A DNA stretch of 59,281 nt, counting the filler, from Platydemus manokwari (lineage: Eukaryota): the NCBI GenBank assembly GCA_037951405.1. It is 5 parts of 5 records of this genome, joined end to end, with 100 filler letters (N's around TTAATTAATTAA, not from the genome) between each part and the next. Parts side by side here need not be neighbours in the genome. Positions count along the whole stretch, not along the records: positions 38,750 to 50,320 come from JBBMOY010588883.1; positions 50,421 to 59,281 come from JBBMOY011337872.1; 3 more parts are not named here. One strand, 5' to 3'. Under the pieces are notes generated by a model that saw only the letters and a program-made list of their open reading frames with translations, was not told where the DNA came from and ran no database searches. The position numbers and the translations under genes were made by a program. Shown in pieces: positions 38,750-50,741 of this stretch. How positions within the stretch are numbered: position 1 is the stretch's first letter; every line of letters begins with the position of its first letter.

Positions 38750-40329
38750 GAAATAAAATGTTTACAAAATTTGTAAACAATAACTAATAAAAAACTAAAA
38801 ATAGAGTAACAGACAAAAATAGATTAAAATAAATCTGAAAATATAAATAAATTAATAAAGATACCAAGAATAATCATTACACAATATAAAAGATAAAAAT
38901 AATACCTTAAAATAGTTTTAAAAATAAAAAAGATCTAAAAGAAAATCTAATATATAAGAAGTAGTTTACTTATTAAATTCGCTCCTACAAGAAAAATTAG
39001 AAATTAGTTCAATTATTCTCTCTCACAAGCTAACCTTAAATGATCGATTAAACAGTGTTTAACATTTCACTGGAGAATTAATAACAATGAATCAAACAAT
39101 GATTTGGAACAACTATCGCTCTATTAGAAAGTTAATATTAACCAATCAAATAAAGAACCGTAGGATTTATTACCATTAGAAAATTGGAAACCGACAATGA
39201 CACTCATAATTCGAGGAATTTAATTACTCAGCGAATCTCTACCGATAAATTAGTTAGCTCCACAAACTATATAAGGACAAGAGGAGGAGATGGTCGAGCA
39301 AAAATAGAAACGGAGAAAAAAACTGAACAGATAGAGTATCCAAATGTATATCGGCTGGACCAAATATATCTCTTATATTTCTGTTCCTTATCAATCACAG
39401 AATCATTCAAAATTTAGAAAGTATTCTTTAATTATTAAATAGGTAACTTATTATTGTAGTAGTTCTTTTTATCAAGCAACCTTACTGAAATATTGATAAT
39501 AATTAATATTGTTTTACCTTTCAAATTAATAATTTAGTGCACTTTACACATCACAAGATTCTAGCATGAACCCAATTCAACCAGAAAATTAAAATATCTA
39601 AAATACAAAGTTAGTAAACAAATCCAAAATAGTGGTTACGGTGCCATTAGGCATAACCACCAACAAAATCATTGAGGACCATAAGAACCAGAATAAAATA
39701 ATTTCTCTACCAAGAAAGAGTTCGACTTAACTATGTACTAAAAAGCTCTCCTCTTATAAAAACACCTGGTTATTTGTTACAAAAATTATTGTTAATCAGT
39801 ATTGTTCATTCTTGTAAATTGTCAACCAATTATAAATTTGTATATCTTTATTGTTATTTTATTCGAAATCCATCCTATTAATCCATTTTATTAGTATAAA
39901 TACGTTATATATAAACCTTTGAAATCAGGCGTACTATAAAAAGGGCTTGAAGGGGGGGTGTAAAACACGAATAAAATAAAACTTTTGGAAAGTATCAAGT
40001 TAACCTCTTTAGTTAGGACACTTCTAATTTTATTTCCACTCAGATGCAAAATAAAATAAACCCAATATTAATTATGAAAAAATTAGGAAAAATATTTACA
40101 CGGTAAAAGTTATATATAAATTAAAGTGCACTAAAACAAACTGTTAGTTTCGTTCATTCTTTGGTTGTCAATATTAGAAGCCATAGATTTCAGAATCCAA
40201 AAATATATTTTTTAATGAGTCACCTAAACAATGTTTCTGAAGATATTATAAAAAAAATAAATCTTTTAAAACTGAAAATATAATTTTTTTAAAATATCAT
40301 ATGATCTTTGGAGTTCTTAAATTATTAAA

Positions 40330-40750
40330 GCCTATTTGTAAATATCCTGACACCTCCATCTTTAAATCGTTGATTTGCTCAACTTTCCTTATTATCATTA
40401 TGTATTTTTAATTCCGTAATTGTTAGCTTCTTTCATGGCTCTTATCTATCGTTTAATGTGACCTTACGTATCTTTCTTGATTTCCGTAACTTTCTTATAT
40501 TTCATTCTTTCTCAATACTCTGTCTATTTTCTTAAATTCGTATTTTGTTGTTACAACTATTCCCTACTTTAGTTTGTGTTTAAAGATTCTCTTGATTTAT
40601 TCTCTATATAGCATGTGGTTCGTATGCCACTATATTTTATCCAAATGTAATTTATGCTGTTCTAACCTTAGTCGTTATTTGTATTGTGTCCTACAGCGTA
40701 TATTAAACCTATTGTAGTATTGTAGCCCAATTTGGGTCTTGCCTATCATT
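40330..40750 (-). mobile_element. Highly decayed gypsy-type integrase C-terminal fragment
   Basis: Minus-strand DPNWATILQ*V*YTL*DTIQITTKVRTA*ITFG*NI resembles W...L..V..A.R.T.H.TT..SPA.L.FG. Many stops. Confidence 0.4.
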
Positions 40751-40882
40751 TCAAGTCGCATTGATATAAATTTATTTGGCAAAAATTATAATCAAGAAAA
40801 ATAATCACTACTTGAAAAGTAAATTAAACACTACATTCTAATGAATTAAAAATAAAAGGATAAATGAAAGAAGCTTCTAGAA

Positions 40883-41206
40883 CAGGTGTGCGCAAACCAG
40901 GGGGCGCGAAACATTATATTGAGGGCGTCTAAAATTTTCAATTCTAAAATAAAATTTAGTTGTTATAATTTCTGATTTATTGAAAGTAATTTTTTTTATT
41001 TTGTTCAATTAACTGCAATTTTTATTTTTTGATAAAATTATTAGTTAATAAAAAGCGTAATTTGAATTATATCTTGTTATGACGAAGATATTTATTTCAT
41101 TTAAATAGTATTTTATATGGGAGTTATGACCTATTAGGGGGTCCATTTTAGTAGAAGCTAATATAATAAAAATGTGGGCGCAATTTATAAAGTTTGCGCA
41201 ACTCTG
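40883..41206. mobile_element. hAT (Buster-type) MITE, 324 bp
   Basis: TIRs caggtgtgcgcaaac and gtttgcgcaactctg (reverse complement cagagttgcgcaaac). The 8-bp TSD is ttctagaa (40875-40882) / ttttagaa (41207-41214). GC-rich gggcgc subterminal motifs; no ORF. Confidence 0.85.
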
Positions 41207-42299
41207 TTTTAGAAAAAAAGAGATGTATAAAACAACACAATTTTCCTTACCATCACTTTTATGCCAACTTTTATAAATTATTTTTTATTTTATTTATTGT
41301 ATTTGTTATTTCTTATTTTTATTTGGACGAATATATTTTTATTATTTATTTTATCTAATCAATTTTTATTTTTTTTATTTTTAAAACATATCTTATAAAC
41401 AATTTAGGATATAGATAATTTTTTTTATTAATCAATAATTTGAAAAATTGGTAGAATATTTCAATCTCAAAATGATAGATAAAAAAAGATAAGGAAGCAT
41501 TAACATTTTTTATATGCGATAAAAGAGGCTGTATGTGATCAGAACAAACATAACCCTCCATTACACCCTTTGAACAGACTTATCTAAAGAAATTGAAGAC
41601 CTTTACCTTATTTTTTTAAAATAATGATTAAAATCGAATCGATAAAAATAAATGAAAATAATGCTGATGTTATATATATAACGGTGCAAGCGAAGTAGGA
41701 AAATTAATTAAAGAATCTTTAGAATTCAGCATACCTGTACTTACTATAAATCATCATTATGTACTATACTTATAAGAAATATTAGATGCTGATAAACCAG
41801 TTTAGACTAATTATTTAAATAGGTTTCCAAATACAAATGACATTCCTCAAGAATCAACTAACACTTGGTGAATCGCATTACTAAATAACTAGTCAGGAAC
41901 CTATAATTATTGGATTCTAATATTCCGATATTAGTTTCACAGAAAATGATTTAAGATTTATTCAAAATATTGGCAAAAATAAAATATAATCCATGAGGGT
42001 AATAGGAAATAATTATAATTATCCAATGGATAAAATGCAATTAAATATTTCATCTAATAATCATCTAAACAGGCTGAATCGTATTTATCTCGTGAAATTG
42101 TGTAAATTATTTAGCTTCAATGACTCGATTAGATTTGGCATTTTTTCAATATTTATATTCTATGTTTTACATAGCTGTAATTGTTCAGGATAACAAATTG
42201 GTTATTAATGTATCAGTAAAACATAGGTTGTTTCCATCAAAATTTATTGTTGCAGAAGTCGGAAATCTATGATTTATCTAAGTTCTCTCTCCCGTTGAT

Positions 42300-45200
42300 T
42301 TTGAGATCTTTTTTAGACACTTAATTCTTCGAGGTTTTGGCTATTTCTGGAAATCAAGAGGCACTTGATGTGGGATGAAGAATTTCAAAATTCTGTGAAA
42401 ATCTTCATAACGTTCTTCGTCTTTTTTATTTTGGGTGGACCTTTTTTCTCTAAAACTTCTTCTCCAACTGCGAAAATTCTACAATTTCGCTAAGTTTGTG
42501 TCTACTGATTTTATCTAGTTTACTGTTTCTTTGATGATCTGATCGTGGTGACTTGGTTCATTTAGCCGTAACAGATAATATTTCAAAAGGTGAATGTTGA
42601 ATTGAGCTCTGATATGTCGAATAGATGATAAATTCTATATGAGATATTAATTTATCATAAACCCGTTTCTTTGATACCAGTATTGTTACCATTATGTCTA
42701 GGACACTTCTAATAATCCTTTTGATTAATCTGGTATGGGAAGATTTTATTCCAAAACGTATCTCTAATTCCTTCGTTATCCTTCCCTGGGGGACTATACT
42801 ACGTTTAGTGAGAATTTATTTTGGAGCACCATACTTATAAATCATATTATGGATCATAGACTTGGAAATGCTGAGCTCATGTTGTCACTAAGCTTATTAA
42901 CTTACTGAATATAGCTACAATAACCAACAAATAGTTGGTTTTAATGACAAAATCTTCAAAATGCGCAAAACAAGAACAATCTGTTCCAGGGGACCAAACC
43001 CTTCTCTTGGAATCATAGCTTTTTTAATCCTACCAGTGTATATATAGCACAAATATCATGAAGATATCTCGTTAGTTTCTGCGAATGAACCTCTGGCAGA
43101 ATAATTCCTGTATTTCCATTCTTATTATGCATCACCATATCTTCACAAAATTTGTATTTCTCTAAAGTTTAGAGTCTAAACTGTTAAAATATTTACTTTT
43201 CTTGACTACTGAATTGACTCCTGTTTACGTTTTCTCTAACCATTATCCAATAGAAATAACGACAGTATATTTTTGTTAAATCTTACTTAGTTCGTTATTA
43301 TTTGTAATGGAATGATCGACACCATTAATAAACCGGCTTTTTGGTTAACCTTCTTTAGATCCTTGTTGCTGCGTTAATCACTGCAATAATGATTTGATCC
43401 CTTCCGATAATGAAGTTCGAAATTGAATCCAAATGTGTTTGCAAACCAAGTTTAAAATTAAAAGCTAATCAATTTGTTAGTTTTCTTCATATGTGTCGAA
43501 GCCTTGTGATAAGTGCGAGTCACAAATTTGTTTTCCAGTAGATAAAGCTTAAAATGCAAGGTAAACCCGTGGATTACCAAAAGCTCTTTCCTCGTGACGC
43601 AATAACCTTTTTCATGACTGTTAAGAGTTCTAGTACCATATGCTACTATTCTCTCTTTTCCAGTGTCATCCAATTGGCTTAGAACGCTCCTAATAGCTCT
43701 AAAACTAGGATAAGTGTCTAAAATCGTCTCTTCATCTGGATCCTGAAAGGCCAAAATCGGACCTGTTCATTAATGGTTCCTTAAGGTTTCCAAAACTTTT
43801 CTCACACTCTGCACTCCACTCCAATTTCTTGTCAGTTCCAGTCATCATCGCATATAACGAAGCAGTAATTAATGCGTAGTCTTTTGTAAATCGTCTGTAA
43901 TAATTGGATAATCCTAGGAACGACCTCAACTGAGTGATGTAACCAGGTTTAATTTCCTCCTTAATCTTACTTTATCTTTGTTACTTTACCTTCTGCACTG
44001 ACTGTATGACTCAGGAAATTCAATTTTTCTATTGCCAAAAGCTCATTTTTCAGGATTGATTTTCAAACCCAATGATTTAATGAACCTGGATACCTTGAAC
44101 AGTTTCTCACTGTGATCCTCTACTGTTATTGTATACACTGAAATATCGACCAGATAAACAAGAACGCCTTTGTAAATCTAATCCTGGAATATCATATTCA
44201 TCAGACACAATCCAAAAGGTAGATTGTTAAAACAGAACTGCCAGTTCTAGTGCTGAACGCTGTTTTCAACTTAGAATCTTCCTCAAGTTCGACCTAATAA
44301 TATTCTTGGTTTAAATCTATTGTAGAGAAAACTGTCGCTCCATATACCGAGTCCCATAACGTTTGAATATCAGGTACGGGAAATGAAAACTTTTCAATCT
44401 GTTTGTTTAATTTTTGGAAATCTAAACACATTCTGGTCGATCCATCTTTATTAGGGACCACGACCAAAGGTGAGTTCCATGGGCTTTTACATGGCGTTAT
44501 GACATTAGTTTCGAGAATATATTGTATCAATTCTTGAATTTTGGTTATTAAATTTTTTGGCTGCCCTTTGGGGTTTTGTGCAACAGTTTCCCATTATGTA
44601 CGGATCTCGTGCTTGACCAAATATGTCAGTCTCAAATGGAACCGAGACACCATAAAATCGTGCCGTTTTCTTTTATACACATATTCAATGAAATACCGTT
44701 CGTATCAGCTAATATATTCAGTGCCATTTGAATTCTGTTTCTGTACTTCTATAGTGTCATTTCTATACTTCTGCCCTACGTCCTTGATATCAATTGATTT
44801 TCCACAAATCTTCATCATTACAACCCCTCCGATGAATCCTAGTGAAATGTCTTTTACTACGATGATCTCCTTAACTAGAATTTTGTTGTTCCAGATTATT
44901 GAGATCCTTATTTTCCCTAGACATGATTTTTGTGTATTGAAAAATACACCAGCCAATGGAGCTTCAGAATTTTTTAGTTGCGGCTCTCCAATGCGACTCC
45001 AACTGCTCCCATTCATTACCGACATTTGTGAACCAGAATCCCATAACATTTCAATATATGTACCATTAAACTCAATTTTACGCTCAATTTCTTCTTACAT
45101 TTACCGTCTTCTTTACTTTTATTCTCTAGCTGATATGTATCCTATCAACTCAACTCCAATGACGAGATTATTTTCCCTTCTATCGATAGTGAGCTAACAC

Positions 45201-46000
45201 AATCACTTGCTTCACTTTTGGTTTGAATATCGACGTCATTTTTCTCGTCATGAATGCATAGTATTTTCTTCGAACTATTATAACTTGACATTCTGGCTAA
45301 ATGACATTCTCTGAACGAATGCCTTTGTTTTCCGCATATTAAATATTTATTCCCCAATGGACATCCAAACTTCTGGTCTCCAAGCTCACCACATCCAAAG
45401 CAAATTCCTGGTTTTAAATAATCACTACATGGTCTAGATTTTGCTCTACAGTCGTTGTAAAATTTATCCGCAATAGGCTTCACTGATCTTGTTGGTCTCG
45501 TATTGTTCGAAGATTCTTTTGAAAGAAATCTCCTTCTGAAAGGTTACTTTCGAATACCTACTGGGCAATATGTCTTCTTGGTGACGTTTATCAGCTTTGT
45601 TTGAGTTCATTTATCCACATTTTCAGCCAGCTCTCTTCTCCCTTATGTTCAAGCATTGCAGGGTCGAGAGTAAAAGATTCTTTCAATTTCATGCTTCTTA
45701 GACCTTGAAGAATAAAAATTCTTGAAACCTCTTCAAGAGTGTTTTTCTTGTCAAACAAGTGATGTTCAAAACTTCCGTACTTTTCATCTGCTCTTTGTTG
45801 CATTGTTGCCAAATCCTGAACCTTGTTGTACTCTGCTTTGGTATGTGAGAAGGTTTTCAAAAACCATTTCTCAATCTCTTCATAGGAAACAGCTTCTTTT
45901 AAACTGCTGAAGTATAGCTACACTTGTTTGGCGTCAAGTTTCAACAGCATGTCAAATACAAGTTATAACATATTCTGATCACATATTGACGATTATTTCT
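42300..46000 (-). mobile_element. Degenerate near-full-length Ty3/gypsy LTR retrotransposon (gag-PR-RT-RNaseH-IN)
   Basis: In order on the minus strand: two decayed knuckles (CFGCGELGDQKFGC, ICGKQRHSFREC); protease LWDSGSQ; RT SPWNSPLVVVPNKDGSTRMCLDFQKLN and FSTIDL; RSFLGLSNYYRRF; RNase H AYGTRTLNSHEKGYCVTRKELL; integrase-like sequence at about 42550-43100. Many frameshifts, and no LTR pair was identified. Confidence 0.92.
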
Positions 46001-47391
46001 ACTATTATTAATATTAAATAAATTTTTTGTTTGCTCAAAAACCATGGTCATGTTAACGCTTTGAATGCCTTCTGCCAAATCGAAATGTTGTCAGATGAAA
46101 GTTACGTATTGTTTCCTTGAAGAGATCAGCGCTATGGACAAGTGGTGTTTGGATTTTTCAACCACGATAATGTAATATCTAATACTAGATGAGTTCTTGG
46201 AGACTTTATAGATAGAAATTCAATTCATATCTTTTCATTACGTTTTTACATGTAAAAAACAAATATTAATAATACATAAACATAACACGACGCGGTGGAA
46301 CAAGTTTTCATATCGACTTTTAAATTGAATTCTTAATATATCAACGTTTTTGATATTCTGGATTCGAGATTACCTCCATTAAAATTTTCTCATTTGCTTT
46401 GCACTTGTGGATCTGGTTGGCCAGTACTAAAGAGTTGGTATTCGAACCAAGCACACAATATTTTGTTTCTTTTGGTTCGTATAAACCGATTATTCGGTAG
46501 GACCTTGTCGTTATGAGTGTCCCAAGTCTTACGCACATTGATGCAAAAGACATCGAGGTGAGTTTCGAATATGGACTTCCTGAAAATCTATTTGGTAATG
46601 ATTTTGTATTGCTCGAGATTGAGGAGTCGATGATGCTGGAGGTTGTCGCTGTTTTCAAAAAGAATTTTAAGGTCGATGTGGGTTTGAAATTTTTTGATTT
46701 TGGATCACCAATTCCAACTGTAGTTTGCTCGCAGACTTCGTTGACATTTTATCAATATCCTAAATGATATAAGATTATCGCGTGAAGTTTTGAAGCTAGT
46801 CCTGGGACAGCTAGGTAAGGAATAAAACATTAGCATCGGTTTCTTGTTCTATTGTGCATCATCATCAGAGTGTTAATTTATTTGTCTTGATAAATTACGG
46901 TGAGTAATTGGATAGTAATAGATTATACTGCGCACGCGGTGGGTGAATATCTAAACTTCTGGTGACAAACTTCTTTAATAGGTTACAGAATAGTTCTCCT
47001 TATTTTTAATTGCGAACGAAGTGTTGAAGAAGTACATGAATACCGAATATCATAGAATATAGCAGACTTTGGCATGACTATCTGCAGAGAAAAAGTAAGT
47101 CTTGTCTGGTAATACGTTAACTTTTAGTTGGATTTTGGTCACTGTGATGATTGAATTCAATGTCAATTTGAAGCTTTCTGAGTTCTCTGGTAAAATCTCG
47201 TCCTGTTTCAGGTTGTAGAAGTTTATTTCTTGTAAAATACAATTTCGTCTGATATCCAGAAGAGTGCACTTGCTAAATCAGTGGCTTCGTTGAGTCAGTA
47301 ATGGATAAGGTTGGTTAGGTGTTTTATAACGGATGGCCTAAATTGATGGTCCGGACGTGTTAGAAATCTGAAGGCATTCTATTATTATTAA

Positions 47392-47581
47392 AATGCCTTC
47401 GTCGAGTTCTTGGCTTCCAAAAATTCAGATTTTTATCTAAATGGAATAAATATGTTAGTGCCACGTTGGCAAAAGTGTATTGAAGCCAAAGGTGCTTATT
47501 TTGATTAATAAAGTTCATTTTAAAGCGAGTTATAGTATTTTAAAGTATACAAACGGCCATTATTTTCCCAACAACCTAATA
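47392..47581 (+). mobile_element. 3' end of a mariner (DD34D) transposon
   Basis: NAFVEFLASKNSDFYLNGINMLVPRWQKCIEAKGAYFD* (stop at 47508) is the canonical mariner C-terminus. It is followed by a mariner-type TIR end, ...cattattttcccaacaacctaa-TA. Confidence 0.9.
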
Positions 47582-49809
47582 TTATTGCCTAAAATAATTG
47601 AACTTCAAAAGATAATTTTTCTTTTACTACCAATTAGTGCAAGCTTTTATGATATTTTTCTTCATTGTTTTGTTGACCTTAACAACACAATAGAGCATCA
47701 ACTCCCATATGTCATTATAATAAATATATATCTTAAATCTGGGTTTCTCGGTATAAAAATGCTAATTATAGTTTGCAAACATATTGCTATTCCGGTATAT
47801 GATGATATATCTTTCTTTAGAAGAATATTCAAAGTTTCCATGTAATAGTTTAGGAATCCTAAAATAATTGAACTTCGTTTGGCTGACAGAAACTATTGAA
47901 TTTTACTACTCGTGCTGAAATTAACTGCGTACTTATTTTAGAATCACCATATCTTATATACACAATTTCAGATTTATTCCGTTAGCATTTTTAAATTTAC
48001 TTATTTTAGTCTTTTCAACATCGTGTATATGCCCTTTGAAATGCTGCGCAAAATGCCAGTATTATCAGTGTAAATCGCGGAACAAGTTACAGCAAATAAA
48101 TATTAAATTCATTCCACTTTGAAAATGTCTGGTGCTTCTCTTAGCCCTAAAGTTTAACGCAGAATTCATACAAATATTAATAGTCCATGAACACTGTTTT
48201 GCATATATCTGGCTATTTTATAGCAATCTTCCAGTATGTTGAACTAAAATTGATTATAAAATAATACTTCGGAATTTTCTGCTGTCAAAAATCTCATATT
48301 TAGTTTTATACCATGTTTATTCATACCTAGTACGGCTAGAAATCCTAATGGTGAGGAGGTGAGTTTAATAATACTTAAATTGTAATAGTGTATTCTCATA
48401 ATATACAACTTCATGTCACTATGGGATAATAGTCAGTCTTACTCTCATTATTTATGCAAACTTTACTGGTTGTAAATTCTACGAAATTTATTGATCAATA
48501 ATCTTGATTATTTGTGAACATCCATTATAATTTAGCAATGTTATCTAGTATATAATTGTATAAAACTTATATGAGAGTCAAGAAGACATAACATCAACTA
48601 ATCTAGTACAACCCCAGACAAATAATAAAAATATAGCTCAAATCATTCTCATGGTATGCATTTTGGCCATTATATAATGATGCCAAATTAGTAGAAATTA
48701 AAAGTTGACTTCTGACTTCCTTTTGATTAAATAATTCTTTGAGTTGGAACTAACGATAATCAAAAATCATTGAAATTGTAAGCGATATCATATAGTGGTG
48801 ATGTAGTGGTATCATAAAGCGAAAATACAAAATTTCATATTCAGTAAATGTTTCTTATATAATTCCAAATAGTTAAAAAAAGAGAAGGTTAAAAGCAATA
48901 ATAGGAAAAGTGACATCAAATTCAATTAGATAATTAGTCCAAATTTACTTCCTGTATTTTAGATTCTTTCGAGATTATCCTTTACAACTTTTATTGATTT
49001 GCAACGATTATTCCTCATATCGATTGGTCGAACATTAATTTCGTCCCAACTCCAGATATAGATTAAGCTAGGTTAACTTCCTGGAAATCGTGAATATCGA
49101 GTTTGCTTAAAACATATATTTTGACATGACAAATTTAATTTGTGTGCACGCATCTTTAAATCTTTATTATTTAAAATGAGAAGATAGAATCTCTCGCGAT
49201 AGAAATATTTTTCATAATCTGGCTTGAAATCGATTTGATTCATAGCTCAAATCTTCTGATCAAATAATGAAACATGAGAAAACCATAAAATTCAAATGAT
49301 AAACAAAAAAATGCTAACTTATTATCTCATATTACTATCAGTATGAAAAAAATAAGAAAAAGATATAGATGATTGTAAATATTCTGTTATCTAAATAGAA
49401 ATTCACTGACTACTTCAATAAAGAATTTGGTCGATTATATTTTAATGTGAACATGTGATTTATTTTCACAAATAATTCAATGACAAGGAGGATAAAAATG
49501 AGTTTGATCAACGAAATTATAGCTCTAATGTGATAAAAGAACACAAAATTTGAACAGAGGCAAAGAGGCTGAAGGAGTACATTTAATTTGACAAAAGCAG
49601 TTTATATGATCTAAAAATAGTCAGCTTATCTAGTAAATAAAGTTTATTCAGAATGATGACTCTTGAAATACTACAAACTCACATTACTTACTTTATAATT
49701 CAGACAGTCAATATTTAATAAACACTTTATTTAATTGATAATAAAGTCCAGAACCAATAGAAGTCATAAATGCAATCCAGATTACAAAATAAAACTCCAT
49801 TAAACCTAA

Positions 49810-50102
49810 ATGAACCCCTTGAAATCTGATTTCATTCATTTTCAAAAATATAATTTGATAAATAATCGAATTTTAATTGGTCTCGATTTCGGTTGTTCAT
49901 TGACGAAATTTATATTTGTAAATAAATGAAACACTGATGAACTAGTTGATGAAAAATGTTCCCATATTACATTACAAAATGTTGTTTTCAATAATGAAGA
50001 TGTTGAACAAGGATTAGAATGGTTGAAAGAAAATGCTTCATTCCTTAAAATACATCGATGAATATTCATGGAACAGGAATGGGTGCGATGAGATACAAAT
50101 AA
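49810..50102 (+). pseudogene. Disrupted type II pantothenate kinase (Fumble/PanK)-like 5' fragment
   Basis: M...RILIGLDFGCSLTKFIFVNK*NTDEL...ITLQNVVFNNEDVEQGLEWLKENASFLK / MNIHGTGMGAMRYK* matches the PanK motifs GLDIGGTLxK and xATGGGAxKF. There is an in-frame TGA at 49927, a frameshift in an A-run near 50050 and a stop at 50100-50102. Confidence 0.55.
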
Positions 50103-50320
50103 TGTTTTATGACTTCATTTTATATTAATATTTAATTATGAGAAAGAGTAGAATCGATATTCGGATTGAAATTTATTTGCGTTAATGAGAGCTTATCATC
50201 AATTGTCTGGATATAAGTGTTGGGTTTTGGTACTTATATGTTGTATTCCCAACACCGGTGAGTTCTTTAGATTGATCTGATTTAAATTCAAATCAACCCT
50301 CTCGATTATCAGTCTATTAT

Positions 50321-50420
50321 NNNNNNNNNNNNNNNNNNNNNNNNNNNNNNNNNNNNNNNNNNNNTTAATTAATTAANNNNNNNNNNNNNNNNNNNNNNNN
50401 NNNNNNNNNNNNNNNNNNNN
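50321..50420. other. Assembly spacer (N44-TTAATTAATTAA-N44)
   Basis: Same 100-nt structure as at 10342. Confidence 0.97.
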
Positions 50421-50602
50421 TGTTCATGTTATGACAATAAATAATCAATAATTATTGTTCATAATATGAAAGGGAATAAATACATTTAAATATTGAAAGC
50501 TTTTTTATTTAAAATTCTTGAATTTTTTATTATTATTTTTTCATGATTTCTAAATATTTTTTTTATTAATTTATAAAAATATTTACGCTTATTTAATTTT
50601 AG

Positions 50603-50706
50603 AGAATTGTTCGAATTTGACGATAATTTTGAGATATCAAGACGAGATTTAGGTAAAATATTTTAATTATTTTTGATTAGAACTTGACATCTTTTAAAAT
50701 TTATTC

Positions 50707-50741
<35 letters not shown>

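Noticed and set aside
39940-39970. gaaggggggg-tgtaaaa, resembling a polypurine tract plus LTR start
   Set aside because: No matching second LTR or adjacent pol sequence on that strand.
44541-45197. 218-aa plus-strand ORF
   Set aside because: Antisense shadow of the gypsy protease region.
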